Source of the DNA: Thermodesulfobacteriota bacterium
GTDB lineage: Bacteria; Desulfobacterota_D; UBA1144; Nemesobacterales; Mycalebacteriaceae
DNA length: 64,000 nucleotides
Reading direction: 5' to 3'
NCBI GenBank assembly: GCA_965205855.1
Contig: OZ242184.1
Span: 128,001-192,000, forward strand
Below are positions 9,674-20,775 of the stretch, in pieces. Both the position numbers and the translations under genes were made by a program. The notes beneath the pieces were generated by a model that saw only the letters and a program-made list of their open reading frames with translations, was not told where the DNA came from and did no database searches. Numbering within the stretch: the first letter of the stretch is position 1; every line of letters begins with the position of its first letter.

Positions 9674-9702
9674 TTGAATTGGCAAACCCTCTGAGCTATG
9701 CT
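9674..9702 (+). promoter_or_regulatory. sigma70-type promoter, leaderless
   Basis: TTGAAT-N17-TATGCT, 6 nt before the GTG start at 9709. Confidence 0.55.
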
Positions 9703-9708
9703 TCTTGA

Positions 9709-10272
9709 GTGGCAAAAAGGCGAATAACAAGGGTTTACACAAAGACGGGAGATGGCGGTCAAACTTCGCTTGTGGGCGGCGCAAGGGCGGACAAGGATTG
9801 CGAAAGAGTCGCCGCTTATGGAGAGGTGGACGAGTTGAATTCGTCTCTCGGAGTTGCGAGGGCTTTTTGCGAAGACGATGAAATCCTTGCCGTTGTTGCG
9901 CAGATACAGAACGACCTCTTTATTCTCGGCTCCGACCTTGCCAGCCCGCCGGAGGTTGATGTTCCGAGGGTAGAGGCCGGGCGCATTGAAAAGCTTGAAA
10001 CGTGGATAGACCGTTTTCTTGAAGATATGCAACCGCTCAAAGAGTTTATACTGCCGACCGGAAAACCGGCGGGAGCGTTTTTTCACCTTTCGCGCACAGT
10101 GTGCCGAAGGGCTGAGAGAAAAGCCGTATCGCTTATGAAAAAGGAAAAAACCGGCCCGGAGGCAGTTGTTTATTTGAACCGTCTTTCAGATCTCCTTTTT
10201 GTACTCGCGCGCGCGTCAAACATCCGCGACGGGTTTGCCGAGGTTTCGGTTGACTTCGGTAAAAAACCTTGA
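9709..10272 (+). CDS. cob(I)alamin adenosyltransferase, PduO type
   Basis: VYTKTGDGGQTSL, YGEVDELNS, QNDLF..GSDLA, FILP, RTVCRRAER, YLNRLSDLLF. Confidence 0.95.
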   Translation: MAKRRITRVYTKTGDGGQTSLVGGARADKDCERVAAYGEVDELNSSLGVARAFCEDDEILAVVAQIQNDLFILGSDLASPPEVDVPRVEAGRIEKLETWIDRFLEDMQPLKEFILPTGKPAGAFFHLSRTVCRRAERKAVSLMKKEKTGPEAVVYLNRLSDLLFVLARASNIRDGFAEVSVDFGKKP

Positions 10273-10937
10273 GACCGGAAACAAAAAAACGGGAGTTGAG
10301 CATAGTTCACCCCGAAATAGAGCGCTATATGGGAGCTCTTGTCGCGGGTGCGTTTCCTCCTGTTGACGAGACGCTTTCGGAGATGGAGTCCGTCGCGGGC
10401 GGGAGGGATTTCCCGATTGTGGGGCGTCTTGCCGGAAGGTTTCTTTTTCAGCAAGCGCTTCTGCTTGGAGCGCGTTCGGTTTTTGAAATGGGCTCGGGCT
10501 TTGGGTATTCGGCCTACTGGTTTGCAAAAGCGGTCGGAGGCTCGGGACGCGTTATCTGCACGGACAAGTCCGCCGAAAACGCCTCTCTTGCGCGGCGGTT
10601 TATGGAAAAAGCCGGGTTTGGGGAGCGGGTTTTATTTCAAACCGGAGACGCCGTTGATATTCTGGAAGGAACCGACGGGATGTTTGACATAGTTTTCAAC
10701 GATATAGACAAGGAGAGTTATCCCGAAGCGTTTGCGGTCTCGCGCGGGAAAGTTCGCAAAGGGGGTCTTTTTATCGCCGACAATGCTTTCTGGGACGGAA
10801 CGGCGGCGTTGCCGGACGGCTCGCCGGGCTCGAAAGGGATGATTGAATTCAACAGGGCCGTTATGTCCGACCCGGATTTTCTTACCGTTCAGATTCCCAT
10901 ACGGGACGGTATTTCTGTAAGTCTGAAACTGCGGTAG
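10269..10937 (+). CDS. class I SAM-dependent O-methyltransferase
   Basis: FPIVG, EMGSGFGYSAYW, FDIVFNDIDKESY, GGLFIADN. Confidence 0.9.
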   Translation: MRPETKKRELSIVHPEIERYMGALVAGAFPPVDETLSEMESVAGGRDFPIVGRLAGRFLFQQALLLGARSVFEMGSGFGYSAYWFAKAVGGSGRVICTDKSAENASLARRFMEKAGFGERVLFQTGDAVDILEGTDGMFDIVFNDIDKESYPEAFAVSRGKVRKGGLFIADNAFWDGTAALPDGSPGSKGMIEFNRAVMSDPDFLTVQIPIRDGISVSLKLR

Positions 10938-10970
10938 AGGAAGCTTTGTAGCATTGCAAAAACGGGCATC

Positions 10971-13604
10971 ATGAAAAAGAACGGAAAGACTGAAGAAAAA
11001 AAGGAAAAACTGAAGAAGTTTTACCTTCAGGGTGCGAAAAGGATAGAGAAAAAACACTTCTCCTTTGCAGCCAGAAACAGGATATACGCGGGAATGGACA
11101 TGGCGCGCGCGCGAACGGGTTTGACCGATTCGTTTATAAGGAAAGCCGCGGACAACGGGAAAATCCCCGCCGGCATATCAGTGGCGGCTCTGGGGGGATA
11201 CGGAAGAGGAGATATGTGCCCTTTTTCCGACATAGACCTTCTGCTTCTCTACAAACCGGGACTGGAGGAGATTGCCGAGCAGGTCGCGGTGAAAATCTTC
11301 TATCCGATCTGGGATTTGAAACTTGATCTCGGCCACTCGGTCAGAACCGTTGAGCAATGCGCGGATTTGTGCGCGTCCGATTTTGTTACAATGACCTCTC
11401 TTTTTGACTGCCGTTTTCTTTTCGGAGACACGGAGCAGTATCAGGCCCTGAGGAAGATACTGACCGAAGAGTTGATGCCTTCCTGTTCGGCGCGTTTTAT
11501 TGAAAGCAAACTGACCGAAGCCGAAGAGCGCAGGAAGAAGTTCGGGAGTTCCGTCTGGATGCTTGAGCCTAACGTAAAAGAGGCGGAGGGAGCAATCAGA
11601 GACATTAACACCATGCTCTGGATATCTCAGGCGAAATACAAAATCAAAACCTTCGAGGAGCTGTTAGGCAAGGGGATTATGACCGAAAAAGAGTTCAGGA
11701 TAACGATGAAGTGCATGAGCTTTCTCCTGCTTTTGCGCTCCGACCTTCATTACTTTGCCGGAAAAAAACAGGACCGGCTCAGCTTTGATATTCAAAGCGA
11801 GGTGGCGAAATTTTTCGGACACCGCGATTCCTCAACCAAAGCGGTTGAAAGGTTTATGAGAATCTACTACCTGCGCGCCGGATTTGTGAGCGAGCAGTTT
11901 GACAAAGTGGTTGAAAAGGTCAGCGAGGGTTCGTGGCGGCCCGCGCAAAAATCCAAAACCCGCCACCTTGGAAACGGCTTCACAATAAGCGGCGGCGCCC
12001 TTTCCGTTACGGGGAAAAATGTTTTAACCGAAAATCCCGCAAATCTCGTAAGGGCTTTTGAGTATGCCGACAGATACGGCGTTGAAATTAGCAGGTATAT
12101 GAGAAGGCTTATAAGGGATCAAGTTCCGCTTATTGATGAAAAGACAAGAAACAATCCGAAATTCAACCGGATATTTATCGGAATTCTGAAAAACGGAAAA
12201 AATGTCTATAAAACCCTTTCCCTTATGAACCGCCTGAGATTTCTTGCCCACTACATACCGGAATTTGGAAGGATTGTGTGCATGATGCAGCAAAACGCGT
12301 ACCATCTTTACACAGTGGATGTTCATTCCCTTTTTCTTGTCCGGGAGGTGGAAAATCTTTTCAAATACAAATACGAGCGGGAGTTTCCTCTCCTGACCAA
12401 GGTTGCCGAGACCGTTGTCAGCAGGGACATTCTCTACCTCGCGTGCCTGTTTCATGACATGGGAAAGGCGACCCAGGGCGACCATGAGCGCGAAGGGAGG
12501 AAATTGACTAAGAAGATAATCGGCCGGCTTGGTCTCGCGCGCCGGGACGCCGAGGTGCTTGAGTTTCTTGTCGGCAACCATCAGTTGATGTCGGATTTTT
12601 CTCAGAGGCAGGATATCAACGATTCCGAACTTGTGTCAAAATTCACCCGCGCCGTTGGAGACGAGGAGCGGCTTTCACTGCTTTACATGATTACTTTCGC
12701 GGACTTGAGGTCCGTCGGTCCCGGTGTGTGGAACAACTGGAAGGGTGTGCTGCTGAGCAAAGTCTATTTTTCCTCCCTGCGGATTTTTGAGTCCGGAAGC
12801 ATAGACCAGACGCGGTCAGCCGCTGTGAGAAAAGACATGGTTTGCAGGGAAATCGCCCGCATATCCGAAGGTAAAATCACCGGCGAGGAAGCAGCGGCGA
12901 TGATTGAAACAATGCCCGAATCCTATGTTTTTAACCACTCTCCGGCAACAATGAAAAGGCACCTGACTCTTATGAAATCATCCCGCGGACGCAATGTTAT
13001 GGATGTTCTCCATCATGAGGAAGAGGATTGCGACGAGGTTACTTTCTGGGGAAAAGACCGAAAAAGCCTTTTCTGTACACTCTGCGGTGTTATGAGCGCT
13101 AACGGTTTGAACATACTTGGAGCCAGAGCGGAAAAATCCTCTGGCGGAAAGGTTCTGGACGTTCTGTATGTGAATAAGCTCGGCAAGTCCGCGGCGGACA
13201 GTCCCGAACTGTGGAGAAAACTTGAGGAAGACACCGAAAAAGCCCTTTCGGGCGAGATTGACTTGAAAGCCGTTTTGAAAAAAAGGACGGAATTCGCTTT
13301 TTATGGGAAGACCGTTCCCCGTAATGTTCCAAAAATCTCTTTTGACAACGTCTCTTCGGACAAATCAACCATTGTGGAAATACTCGCGGACGACAAGCCC
13401 GGACTTCTCTATGGTGTAACAAACGCGATGGCGGAGACGGGGCTGTCAATTAACCACGCAAAGGTGTCAACAAGGGCGGAGCAGGTTTTTGACGTTTTTT
13501 ATGTTACCGGTCGCGGAGGACGGAAGGTGAAAAATCCCGATACTCTTGAGAAGGTGAAAGAGGCGATATTGGAAGCCGTAAACCCCAAATCCGCGGAAGG
13601 TTAG
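10971..13604 (+). CDS. glnD: [protein-PII] uridylyltransferase
   Basis: ALGGYGRGDMCPFSDIDL, EPNVKE..GAIRD, HLYTVDVH, HD motif (LFHDMGK), two C-terminal ACT domains. Confidence 0.96.
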   Translation: MKKNGKTEEKKEKLKKFYLQGAKRIEKKHFSFAARNRIYAGMDMARARTGLTDSFIRKAADNGKIPAGISVAALGGYGRGDMCPFSDIDLLLLYKPGLEEIAEQVAVKIFYPIWDLKLDLGHSVRTVEQCADLCASDFVTMTSLFDCRFLFGDTEQYQALRKILTEELMPSCSARFIESKLTEAEERRKKFGSSVWMLEPNVKEAEGAIRDINTMLWISQAKYKIKTFEELLGKGIMTEKEFRITMKCMSFLLLLRSDLHYFAGKKQDRLSFDIQSEVAKFFGHRDSSTKAVERFMRIYYLRAGFVSEQFDKVVEKVSEGSWRPAQKSKTRHLGNGFTISGGALSVTGKNVLTENPANLVRAFEYADRYGVEISRYMRRLIRDQVPLIDEKTRNNPKFNRIFIGILKNGKNVYKTLSLMNRLRFLAHYIPEFGRIVCMMQQNAYHLYTVDVHSLFLVREVENLFKYKYEREFPLLTKVAETVVSRDILYLACLFHDMGKATQGDHEREGRKLTKKIIGRLGLARRDAEVLEFLVGNHQLMSDFSQRQDINDSELVSKFTRAVGDEERLSLLYMITFADLRSVGPGVWNNWKGVLLSKVYFSSLRIFESGSIDQTRSAAVRKDMVCREIARISEGKITGEEAAAMIETMPESYVFNHSPATMKRHLTLMKSSRGRNVMDVLHHEEEDCDEVTFWGKDRKSLFCTLCGVMSANGLNILGARAEKSSGGKVLDVLYVNKLGKSAADSPELWRKLEEDTEKALSGEIDLKAVLKKRTEFAFYGKTVPRNVPKISFDNVSSDKSTIVEILADDKPGLLYGVTNAMAETGLSINHAKVSTRAEQVFDVFYVTGRGGRKVKNPDTLEKVKEAILEAVNPKSAEG

Positions 13605-13621
13605 TTTCCGGCGGTCGTGTT

Positions 13622-15208
13622 ATGGAAACGGAATCACAGATTTTGAAAACCGATGTTCTTGTCATAGGAGGCGGACTCGCGGGTCTATATGCGGCTTTCT
13701 GTGCGTCCTCGTTGGGTGCGAAAGTGGCTGTTGTAACCGGCACAACGTTGAAGGAAAGCAATTCCTACTGGGCTCAGGGAGGAATTGCCGCCGCGGTTGA
13801 CGCCGGAGATTCAACGCTTTTGCATAAGGACGACACCCTGAAGGCGGGTTGCGGTCTTTGTGTTGAGGATGCCGTGGAGGTTCTTGTGTGCGAGGGCAGG
13901 GAAAGGGTTATCGAGATGGCGGATTTTGGGATGGAATTTGACTTGAGTCCGCAAGGATTTGACCTCGGACTTGAGGGCGGACACTCCAAACGGCGCGTTC
14001 TCCATGCGGGCGGTGCGGCGACCGGTAAAAGGATGATTGAATTTCTCATATCTTCGGTTGAAAAGGCCAAAGACATTACAATCCTTGAAAAAACCGTGGT
14101 GGAAAGCCTTATCTTTGCGCCCGGCGAATGCTTCGGGGTGCGGGCGGTCTCCGCGGACCGCGGTCGCGCCGATATCCGCGCCCACTCCACAATACTGGCA
14201 ACCGGCGGAGCTGCCGCGCTTTTTGACCGCACGACAAACTCTCCGGGCGCGAAGGGAGACGGAATACGCATGGCGTATGAAGCGGGTGCGGAGATAATGG
14301 ACATGGAGTTTGTGCAGTTTCACCCGACCGTGTTTTGGTCTCCGGGCGCGGAGAGTTTCCTCATCTCCGAAGCCGTCAGGGGAGAGGGCGGAAGGTTGAC
14401 CGATAAAAACGGCGAAAGGTTTATGGATGACTATCACCCGCTTGGCGATCTTGCTCCGAGGGATGTGGTGTCAAAGGCGATTCACTCTCAGATGAACCGT
14501 AGCGGAAGGGATTGCGTCTATCTTGACCTTACTTCCATAAGCCTCGACATCTTAAAAAAAAGGTTTGCTGATATCCACAGGCACTGTCTTGAAAACGGTT
14601 TTGACTGCGCAGCCACACCCATTCCGGTGGCTCCCGCCGCGCACTACACAATAGGAGGCGTGAAAACAGGGCTTAACGGCGAGACCAATTTAAAGGGTTT
14701 TTATTGCTGCGGTGAAGTCGCCTGCGCGGGCGCGCACGGAGCGAACCGGCTTGCGAGCAATTCTCTGCTTGAATGTCTTGTTTTTTCAAAGAGGTCTGCT
14801 TTGGGCGCGGTTGAAAACCTGCGGAACGCGGCTGCGGATTCCAAACTTCTGCCGCCCGATGAACGGAGCGGCGGCGGGAAACCCGCGGACTTTGACATTG
14901 AACGCCGCGTTGTTTCGCAAACGGGACGGTTTCTCGGCATAGTCAGAAACGGTGAAAGTATGAAAATTTTTATAAAAAAGCTTGAAACCCTGCGCCGTGA
15001 GGCGGAGGATATGTCCGGATGGCCGGGGAGAAAGCTTGACTCAATGACGACCGTGTGCCTTATGATGGCGCGCGCCGCTCTTATGAGGGAAGAGTCAAGA
15101 GGCGTGCACATCAGGGAAGATTTTCCCGAAACCGACCCGAAGCTTTGCTACCACAGCGTTTTCCGCAGACATTCGGGTGGTCTTGATCCGCAGTGGGAGG
15201 ACTTGTGA
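13622..15208 (+). CDS. nadB: L-aspartate oxidase
   Basis: GGGLAG, SYWAQGGIA, EGGHSKRRVLH, EFVQFHPT, LISEAVRGEG, HGANRLASNSLLE. Confidence 0.96.
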   Translation: METESQILKTDVLVIGGGLAGLYAAFCASSLGAKVAVVTGTTLKESNSYWAQGGIAAAVDAGDSTLLHKDDTLKAGCGLCVEDAVEVLVCEGRERVIEMADFGMEFDLSPQGFDLGLEGGHSKRRVLHAGGAATGKRMIEFLISSVEKAKDITILEKTVVESLIFAPGECFGVRAVSADRGRADIRAHSTILATGGAAALFDRTTNSPGAKGDGIRMAYEAGAEIMDMEFVQFHPTVFWSPGAESFLISEAVRGEGGRLTDKNGERFMDDYHPLGDLAPRDVVSKAIHSQMNRSGRDCVYLDLTSISLDILKKRFADIHRHCLENGFDCAATPIPVAPAAHYTIGGVKTGLNGETNLKGFYCCGEVACAGAHGANRLASNSLLECLVFSKRSALGAVENLRNAAADSKLLPPDERSGGGKPADFDIERRVVSQTGRFLGIVRNGESMKIFIKKLETLRREAEDMSGWPGRKLDSMTTVCLMMARAALMREESRGVHIREDFPETDPKLCYHSVFRRHSGGLDPQWEDL

Positions 15209-16080
15209 AACCGGAGAGAAAACCGCCGGTTCTTGACCGGAAAAAGGTCGACAGGCTTATAGAGGTCGCCGTGGACGAGGATGTCCGCGGCGGAGACATT
15301 ACAACCGAGCTGCTTTTTGAGTCGGACGTTCCTTGCAGCGCGGTGGTTCGCTCAAAGCAGAAAGGAATCCTTGCCGGGCTTGAAGTTGCTAGAAGCGTTT
15401 TTGAAAAGCTTGATAAAAACCTCGCGTGGAAAAGCGGCAGGAGCGACGGCGACATACTCGACGAAGGCACGGAGATAGTTTCCATAACCGGTTCCCAAAG
15501 GCACATACTCACGGGCGAGAGACTTGCGCTCAACATTTTGCAGAGGCTCAGCGGAATAGCCACTTTTACGGCGAAGTTTGTGGGTGCTGCAACAGGAATG
15601 GGCGTTCAAATTGCGGATACGCGCAAAACTGCCCCCGGGCTCAGAGAACTTGAAAAATACGCCGTTCGTCTCGGTGGTGGAGTCAACCACAGGTTCGGAC
15701 TTTATGACGGAATTCTCATAAAAGACAATCACATCAAACTTGCCGGCGGAGTGGCGCTGGCCGTCTCCAGGGCGAGACGTCGGGCGAATGAATCTTTCGA
15801 GCAATATGGGCGGTTTGAGATAGAGGTTGAGACCAAGGAATTATCTCAAGTCTCCGAAGCTGTGGAAGCCGGGGCCGACATTGTCATGCTTGACAATATG
15901 AGCGTGGAGCAAATTCGGAAGGCCGTACGGCTTGCGGGCGGTAAGGTTAAAATTGAGGCGTCCGGGGGCGTTACGCTTGAGAAAGTGAGGGAGATTGCCG
16001 CTACGGGAGTTGATATAATCTCCGTTGGTGCCCTCACACATTCCGCTCCCGCGCTGGATATCAGTCTTGATATGGTTTAA
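15193..16080 (+). CDS. nadC: nicotinate-nucleotide diphosphorylase (carboxylating)
   Basis: GDITT, ERLALN, DTRKTAPGLR, HRFGLYD, KDNH, EIEVE, MLDNM, ISVGALTHS. Exact start uncertain. Confidence 0.96.
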   Translation: MGGLVKPERKPPVLDRKKVDRLIEVAVDEDVRGGDITTELLFESDVPCSAVVRSKQKGILAGLEVARSVFEKLDKNLAWKSGRSDGDILDEGTEIVSITGSQRHILTGERLALNILQRLSGIATFTAKFVGAATGMGVQIADTRKTAPGLRELEKYAVRLGGGVNHRFGLYDGILIKDNHIKLAGGVALAVSRARRRANESFEQYGRFEIEVETKELSQVSEAVEAGADIVMLDNMSVEQIRKAVRLAGGKVKIEASGGVTLEKVREIAATGVDIISVGALTHSAPALDISLDMV

Positions 16081-16129
16081 CGCTCCCGACGCGGTTTGCC
16101 TCTTTGGTATGCTATAATCTAACGCGGAG

Positions 16130-17092
16130 TTGGAATTGGAGCATACGACTGAGCAGGCGGTACGGCGGATAGAATCTCTAAAGAGTGAGAAAAACGCCGT
16201 TATACTCGCTCACAACTATCAGATTCCCGAAGTGCAGGACATTGCCGACTATGTGGGCGACTCCCTCGGACTCTCAAGGATTGCCGGCCGCACAGACGCG
16301 GATATCATAGTTTTTTGCGGAGTGCACTTTATGGCGGAAACCGCAAGCATAATTTCTCCGGACAAGAGGGTTCTTATTCCGGACACAAACGCGGGATGCT
16401 CTCTTGCCGAGACTATAAACCTTGAGCAGTTGAAAGAGTGGAAAAGCGAACATCCCGGCGCGGTTGTTGTTTCTTATGTCAACACTTCGGCGGCGGTGAA
16501 GTCGGAAAGCGACTACTGCGTCACCTCTTCCAATGCCATCGCGGTGGTTGAGGCGATTCCGGCGGACAGAAAGATTCTTTTTCTGCCAGACATTTTTCTC
16601 GGCTCGTATGTTTCAAGGGTTACCGGCAGGGAGATGGAGATCTGGCCCGGCGAATGTCATGTCCACTCGGGCATAAAGGTCAAAGACATAAAGCGCATAA
16701 AAGAAGAACATCCCGATGCGGAAGTTGTTGTTCATCCCGAATGCGGATGCACAACTCATTATCTCTATAACAGCGTTTCTGGAGCAAAAGAGGATACGGA
16801 GGATGTGAATTTTCTCTCAACTTCTGGAATGACAAAACGCGCGCGCGAGGGTGGAAACGAGTTTATAGTTGCTACCGAGGTCGGAATGCTACATCGGCTT
16901 TGCAAGGACAATCCCGGTAAAAAATTCTTCCCGGCAGATGAGGGAGCGGTTTGCGAATATATGAAAATGATAACCCTTGAAAAGGTTTTGCGCTCACTCA
17001 AGGAGGAAATTTACGAAGTGAAGGTTCCCAAGCAGGTCGCGTTGCGGGCAAAAAAACCCATAGATAGAATGCTCGAGGTTTCGGGGCATTAG
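16130..17092 (+). CDS. nadA: quinolinate synthase
   Basis: LAHNYQ, GDSLGLS, FCGVHFMAE, AGCSLA, YVNTSA, CHVH, HPEC, CEYMK; extended -10 TGCTATAAT upstream. Confidence 0.96.
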   Translation: MELEHTTEQAVRRIESLKSEKNAVILAHNYQIPEVQDIADYVGDSLGLSRIAGRTDADIIVFCGVHFMAETASIISPDKRVLIPDTNAGCSLAETINLEQLKEWKSEHPGAVVVSYVNTSAAVKSESDYCVTSSNAIAVVEAIPADRKILFLPDIFLGSYVSRVTGREMEIWPGECHVHSGIKVKDIKRIKEEHPDAEVVVHPECGCTTHYLYNSVSGAKEDTEDVNFLSTSGMTKRAREGGNEFIVATEVGMLHRLCKDNPGKKFFPADEGAVCEYMKMITLEKVLRSLKEEIYEVKVPKQVALRAKKPIDRMLEVSGH

Positions 17093-17129
17093 CGCCTGCA
17101 CGTCATTTGCGGTTTGAGCCTTCAGGCGG

Positions 17130-17630
17130 CTACTCTGCCGAATCTCTTGCTCCGACTTCCCTGTCAAGCATCAACAGCGCGGTGGGATCCTTCCCGGCAA
17201 GTTTCAGACTGTCCAGGATATCCATGGCAGTTTTTTCCTCTTCAACCTGTTCTTCTATGAACCACTCAAGCATCACCGCCGTCGCCTGATCTTTGCCGGC
17301 AACTGCCTTGCGGTGAAGGTCGTGAATCATATCCGTTACCAGACGCTCGTGTTTGAGAGACTGTTCAAACATTTTAAGCACGGTTCCGAAATCGGACTTG
17401 GGTTTTCCTATCGCCTCAAGCTCCACACACCCGCCCCTGTTAAGAACAAAATCAAACAGCTTCATTGCGTGAGCGGTTTCCTCTTCGCTCTGTTTTCTCA
17501 TCCATTTTCCGAAACCGGGAAATCCTTTCCGTTCACAGTCCGCCGCCATTGACAGATATATGTAGGAAGAGTAAAACTCCGCATTGATCTGTTTGTTCAC
17601 GGCTTCCTGGATTTTTTTGCTTATAACCAT
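17130..17630 (-). CDS. ftnA: non-heme ferritin
   Basis: QINAEFYSSYIYLSM, QSEEETAHAMK, HERLVT, LEWFIEEQVEEE. Confidence 0.93.
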   Translation of the reverse strand: MVISKKIQEAVNKQINAEFYSSYIYLSMAADCERKGFPGFGKWMRKQSEEETAHAMKLFDFVLNRGGCVELEAIGKPKSDFGTVLKMFEQSLKHERLVTDMIHDLHRKAVAGKDQATAVMLEWFIEEQVEEEKTAMDILDSLKLAGKDPTALLMLDREVGARDSAE

Positions 17631-17666
17631 TTTTTCCTCCGTATTTACGCATTTTCAACCTGATGA

Positions 17667-17695
17667 ATTATAAGAGCGGCGCCCTCGGTTTTCAA
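17667..17695 (-). promoter_or_regulatory. sigma70 promoter of ferritin
   Basis: Minus strand TTGAAA-N17-TATAAT. Confidence 0.65.
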
Positions 17696-17886
17696 CAGTT
17701 TCGGGATTTCCCCCCGTAATCTCCCCAAACCCCGCCGGATAAATTTTAACAGCAAGCCGTTGATATGGGTTTGAGTGTGCTTATATAATGTATTGTCTTG
17801 CAAATGTTAAGATGGCATGAACCGACGTAGTGGCGCCATTTCCGCGTTCATGCTGGTGTTTTCCGGTCGGTGCCAAGGAGACCAAA

Positions 17887-20319
17887 ATGAGTTTAAAAAA
17901 CCGTTTCAGAGAAATTCCGATGCTCCCTCTGAGGGATGTTGTGATGTTTCCCTACATGGTCGCTCCTCTGTTTGTTGGAAGGGCAAGGTCAATAAAAGCC
18001 ATTGAAGAGGCGGAGAACACGAACAAGGAGATATTTCTCTGCACTCAGATGGATGCGAGCGAGAATGAGCCGAAGCATGATGATATTTACTCCACCGGTG
18101 TCATAGGGACCGTAGCGCAGATGCTGCGCCTGCCAGACGGAACGGTGAAGGTTCTTGTGGAGGGAAAGAAAAGAGGCCGCATAGAGGAATATGTTGAAAC
18201 TTCCGATTTCTACAAGGTGGGGGTGTCGGTCATTGAAGAGCCCGAAGAGCCGGAAAGTGTGGAGAGAGACGCGCTTCGAAGGTCTGTTCTCAAGGCTTTT
18301 GAGGGTTACATAAAGCTGAACAGGAAGATACCGAGCGAGGTTTTCTCGACCGTTTCCGCGATTGAGCAGACGGGACGCTTTTCCGATACCGTGGCTTCGC
18401 ACCTGAACTTGAAGATAGTGGACAAACAGGACTTGCTTGAAACCGCCAGTCCCGAAGAGAGGATGAAGAAACTGCACGAAAGGATGCAGGAAGAGGTTGA
18501 GATTCTTGAGATAGAGAAAAGAATCGGCAAAAGGGTTCGAAGGCAGATGGAAAAATCCCAAAGGGAATACTATTTGACCGAGCAGATGAAGGCTATTCAG
18601 AAAGAGCTTGGCGAAAAGGACGATATGAAGTCCGATGCTCAGGAGATTGAGTCAAAACTGAAGGACAAGGGGCTTCCGAAAGAGGTTGAGGAGAAGATTC
18701 GCAAAGAGCTTAAAAAACTCAAGATGATGCCCTCAATGTCTGCCGAAGCGACTGTGGTAAGAAACTATGTGGATTGGATAATGGACCTTCCTTGGACCAA
18801 GGAAAATACGAAAGACAGGCTGGATATAAAGGAGGCGAAAAAAATTCTTGACGAGGACCACTACGGCCTCAAAGACCCGAAAGACAGAATACTTGAGTAT
18901 CTCGCGGTTCGCTCTCTGACAGACAAACTTCGCGGGCCGATACTGTGCTTTGCCGGTCCTCCGGGAGTGGGAAAAACATCTCTTGCGAAATCAATAGCAA
19001 GGTCAATGGGAAGAAAGTTTGTGCGCGTTTCACTCGGTGGAATCAGGGATGAGTCCGAAATACGCGGTCATAGAAGGACATACATAGGCGCGCTTCCAGG
19101 AAAGATTATTCAGGGAATGAAGAAAGCGGGAACTAACAATCCCGTGTTTCTTCTTGACGAGATAGATAAACTCGGAATGGATTTCAGGGGTGACCCTGCT
19201 TCGGCGCTTCTTGAATGCCTTGACCCGGAGCAGAACTCCAATTTCAACGACCATTATATAGAGGCGGATTACGACCTCTCAAAAGTCTTGTTTATAGCAA
19301 CAGCGAACATAATTCACACGATTCCTTGGGCTCTTCAGGACAGGATGGAGATAATACGCATTCCGGGATATACCGAAAATGAGAAACTTCGCATAGCCAA
19401 GGAATTTCTGCTCGGCAAGCAGACAAAAGAGCATGGGCTTTCCGACAAAATAGTTAGCATAGCGGACACGGCTTTGCTTGAGCTTATAAGGCATTACACC
19501 AAGGAAGCCGGAGTGCGAACTCTTGAGCGCGAGATAGCGAAGCTTTGCAGAAAGGTTGCAAGAAAGGTTGCGGAATCTAGAAAAGAAAAATCTCTTGAAA
19601 AGGTTGAGCCGAAAGTGAGAATAACTGCTAAAAATGTCGGCAGTTATCTTGGAATTCCAAAGTTCAAACACAGCACCGCGCAAAAAGAAAAACAGATTGG
19701 AGCTGTAACCGGTCTTGCCTGGACGGAAGTCGGAGGCGAACTGCTGACGATAGAAGTCTCCATTGTTCCCGGAAAAGGGGGTTTTACCGTTACGGGAAAA
19801 CTCGGCGAGGTTATGCAGGAATCCGCAAGGGCGGCAATGAGTTATGTTCGCTCCCGCGGCGCCGCGCTCGGGCTGGACAGGGATTTCTACCAGATGGTGG
19901 ATGTTCATATCCATATTCCCGAAGGCGCGACCCCAAAAGACGGCCCTTCTGCCGGAATAGCGATTGTTACGGCAATTGTGTCCGCGCTTCTGAGAAAGCC
20001 GGTCAGGCAGGACATAGCAATGACCGGAGAAATAACGCTTCGTGGACAGGTTCTTCCCATAGGCGGACTGAAAGAGAAGATACTTGCCGCACAGCGCGGT
20101 AAAGTGAAAACCGTGATTCTTCCGGAGGAGAACGAGAAGGATATGGAAGAAGTTCCCTCCGAGGTCAGAAAAGGCGTTGAGATAAAATTTGTGGGAAATA
20201 TGGACAAAGTTCTTGAAGAGGCGATAATCTCCGACACCTCTGTGCTGAGAAGCTTCATTGTTCCTTCGCCCGGCGGCGAGAGTCAGGCGCCGGAAGTTTC
20301 GGAGACCAAGATAAATTAG
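17887..20319 (+). CDS. lon: ATP-dependent protease La
   Basis: [44 protein letters not shown]. Start moved to ATG 17887, which follows AAGGAG. Confidence 0.98.
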   Translation: MSLKNRFREIPMLPLRDVVMFPYMVAPLFVGRARSIKAIEEAENTNKEIFLCTQMDASENEPKHDDIYSTGVIGTVAQMLRLPDGTVKVLVEGKKRGRIEEYVETSDFYKVGVSVIEEPEEPESVERDALRRSVLKAFEGYIKLNRKIPSEVFSTVSAIEQTGRFSDTVASHLNLKIVDKQDLLETASPEERMKKLHERMQEEVEILEIEKRIGKRVRRQMEKSQREYYLTEQMKAIQKELGEKDDMKSDAQEIESKLKDKGLPKEVEEKIRKELKKLKMMPSMSAEATVVRNYVDWIMDLPWTKENTKDRLDIKEAKKILDEDHYGLKDPKDRILEYLAVRSLTDKLRGPILCFAGPPGVGKTSLAKSIARSMGRKFVRVSLGGIRDESEIRGHRRTYIGALPGKIIQGMKKAGTNNPVFLLDEIDKLGMDFRGDPASALLECLDPEQNSNFNDHYIEADYDLSKVLFIATANIIHTIPWALQDRMEIIRIPGYTENEKLRIAKEFLLGKQTKEHGLSDKIVSIADTALLELIRHYTKEAGVRTLEREIAKLCRKVARKVAESRKEKSLEKVEPKVRITAKNVGSYLGIPKFKHSTAQKEKQIGAVTGLAWTEVGGELLTIEVSIVPGKGGFTVTGKLGEVMQESARAAMSYVRSRGAALGLDRDFYQMVDVHIHIPEGATPKDGPSAGIAIVTAIVSALLRKPVRQDIAMTGEITLRGQVLPIGGLKEKILAAQRGKVKTVILPEENEKDMEEVPSEVRKGVEIKFVGNMDKVLEEAIISDTSVLRSFIVPSPGGESQAPEVSETKIN

Positions 20320-20514
20320 CCGTCTTTGGGGTATTGCGCGGTGTCCGTACGGAAACCGCCTAATATGCTGGTTCTGAAGCGCAAATCCGTGGCTTGAGAA
20401 TTAGGTGTTTTTATTTACTTGAATAATTTTCAATAATGTATAGAATGTGCAACAGTTCAGTCGGTTAATTTTATTAATTGACAGTTGAGCGAAATCAAAA
20501 TTGCAGGAGTATAA

Positions 20515-20775
20515 ATGAATATCTACGTAGGTAACTTGCCTTACAACACCACCGAGGATGAACTCAGGGAACTGTTTTCACAGCACGGTTCTGTTGTGAG
20601 CGTTAACATAATTAAGGACAGAGACACCGGAAACTCAAAGGGATTTGGATTTGTGGAAATTGCCGAGCAGGCGGATGGCGAAAAGGCCATCAACGAACTT
20701 GACGGCACAATGCTGAACGACAGAAGTCTGAAAGTAAACCAAGCGCGCCCCAAGGGCGACAACAACAGACGCTGA
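20515..20775 (+). CDS. RRM RNA-binding protein
   Basis: RNP2 IYVGNL, RNP1 KGFGFVEI, LKVNQARP; AGGAG SD. Confidence 0.95.
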   Translation: MNIYVGNLPYNTTEDELRELFSQHGSVVSVNIIKDRDTGNSKGFGFVEIAEQADGEKAINELDGTMLNDRSLKVNQARPKGDNNRR

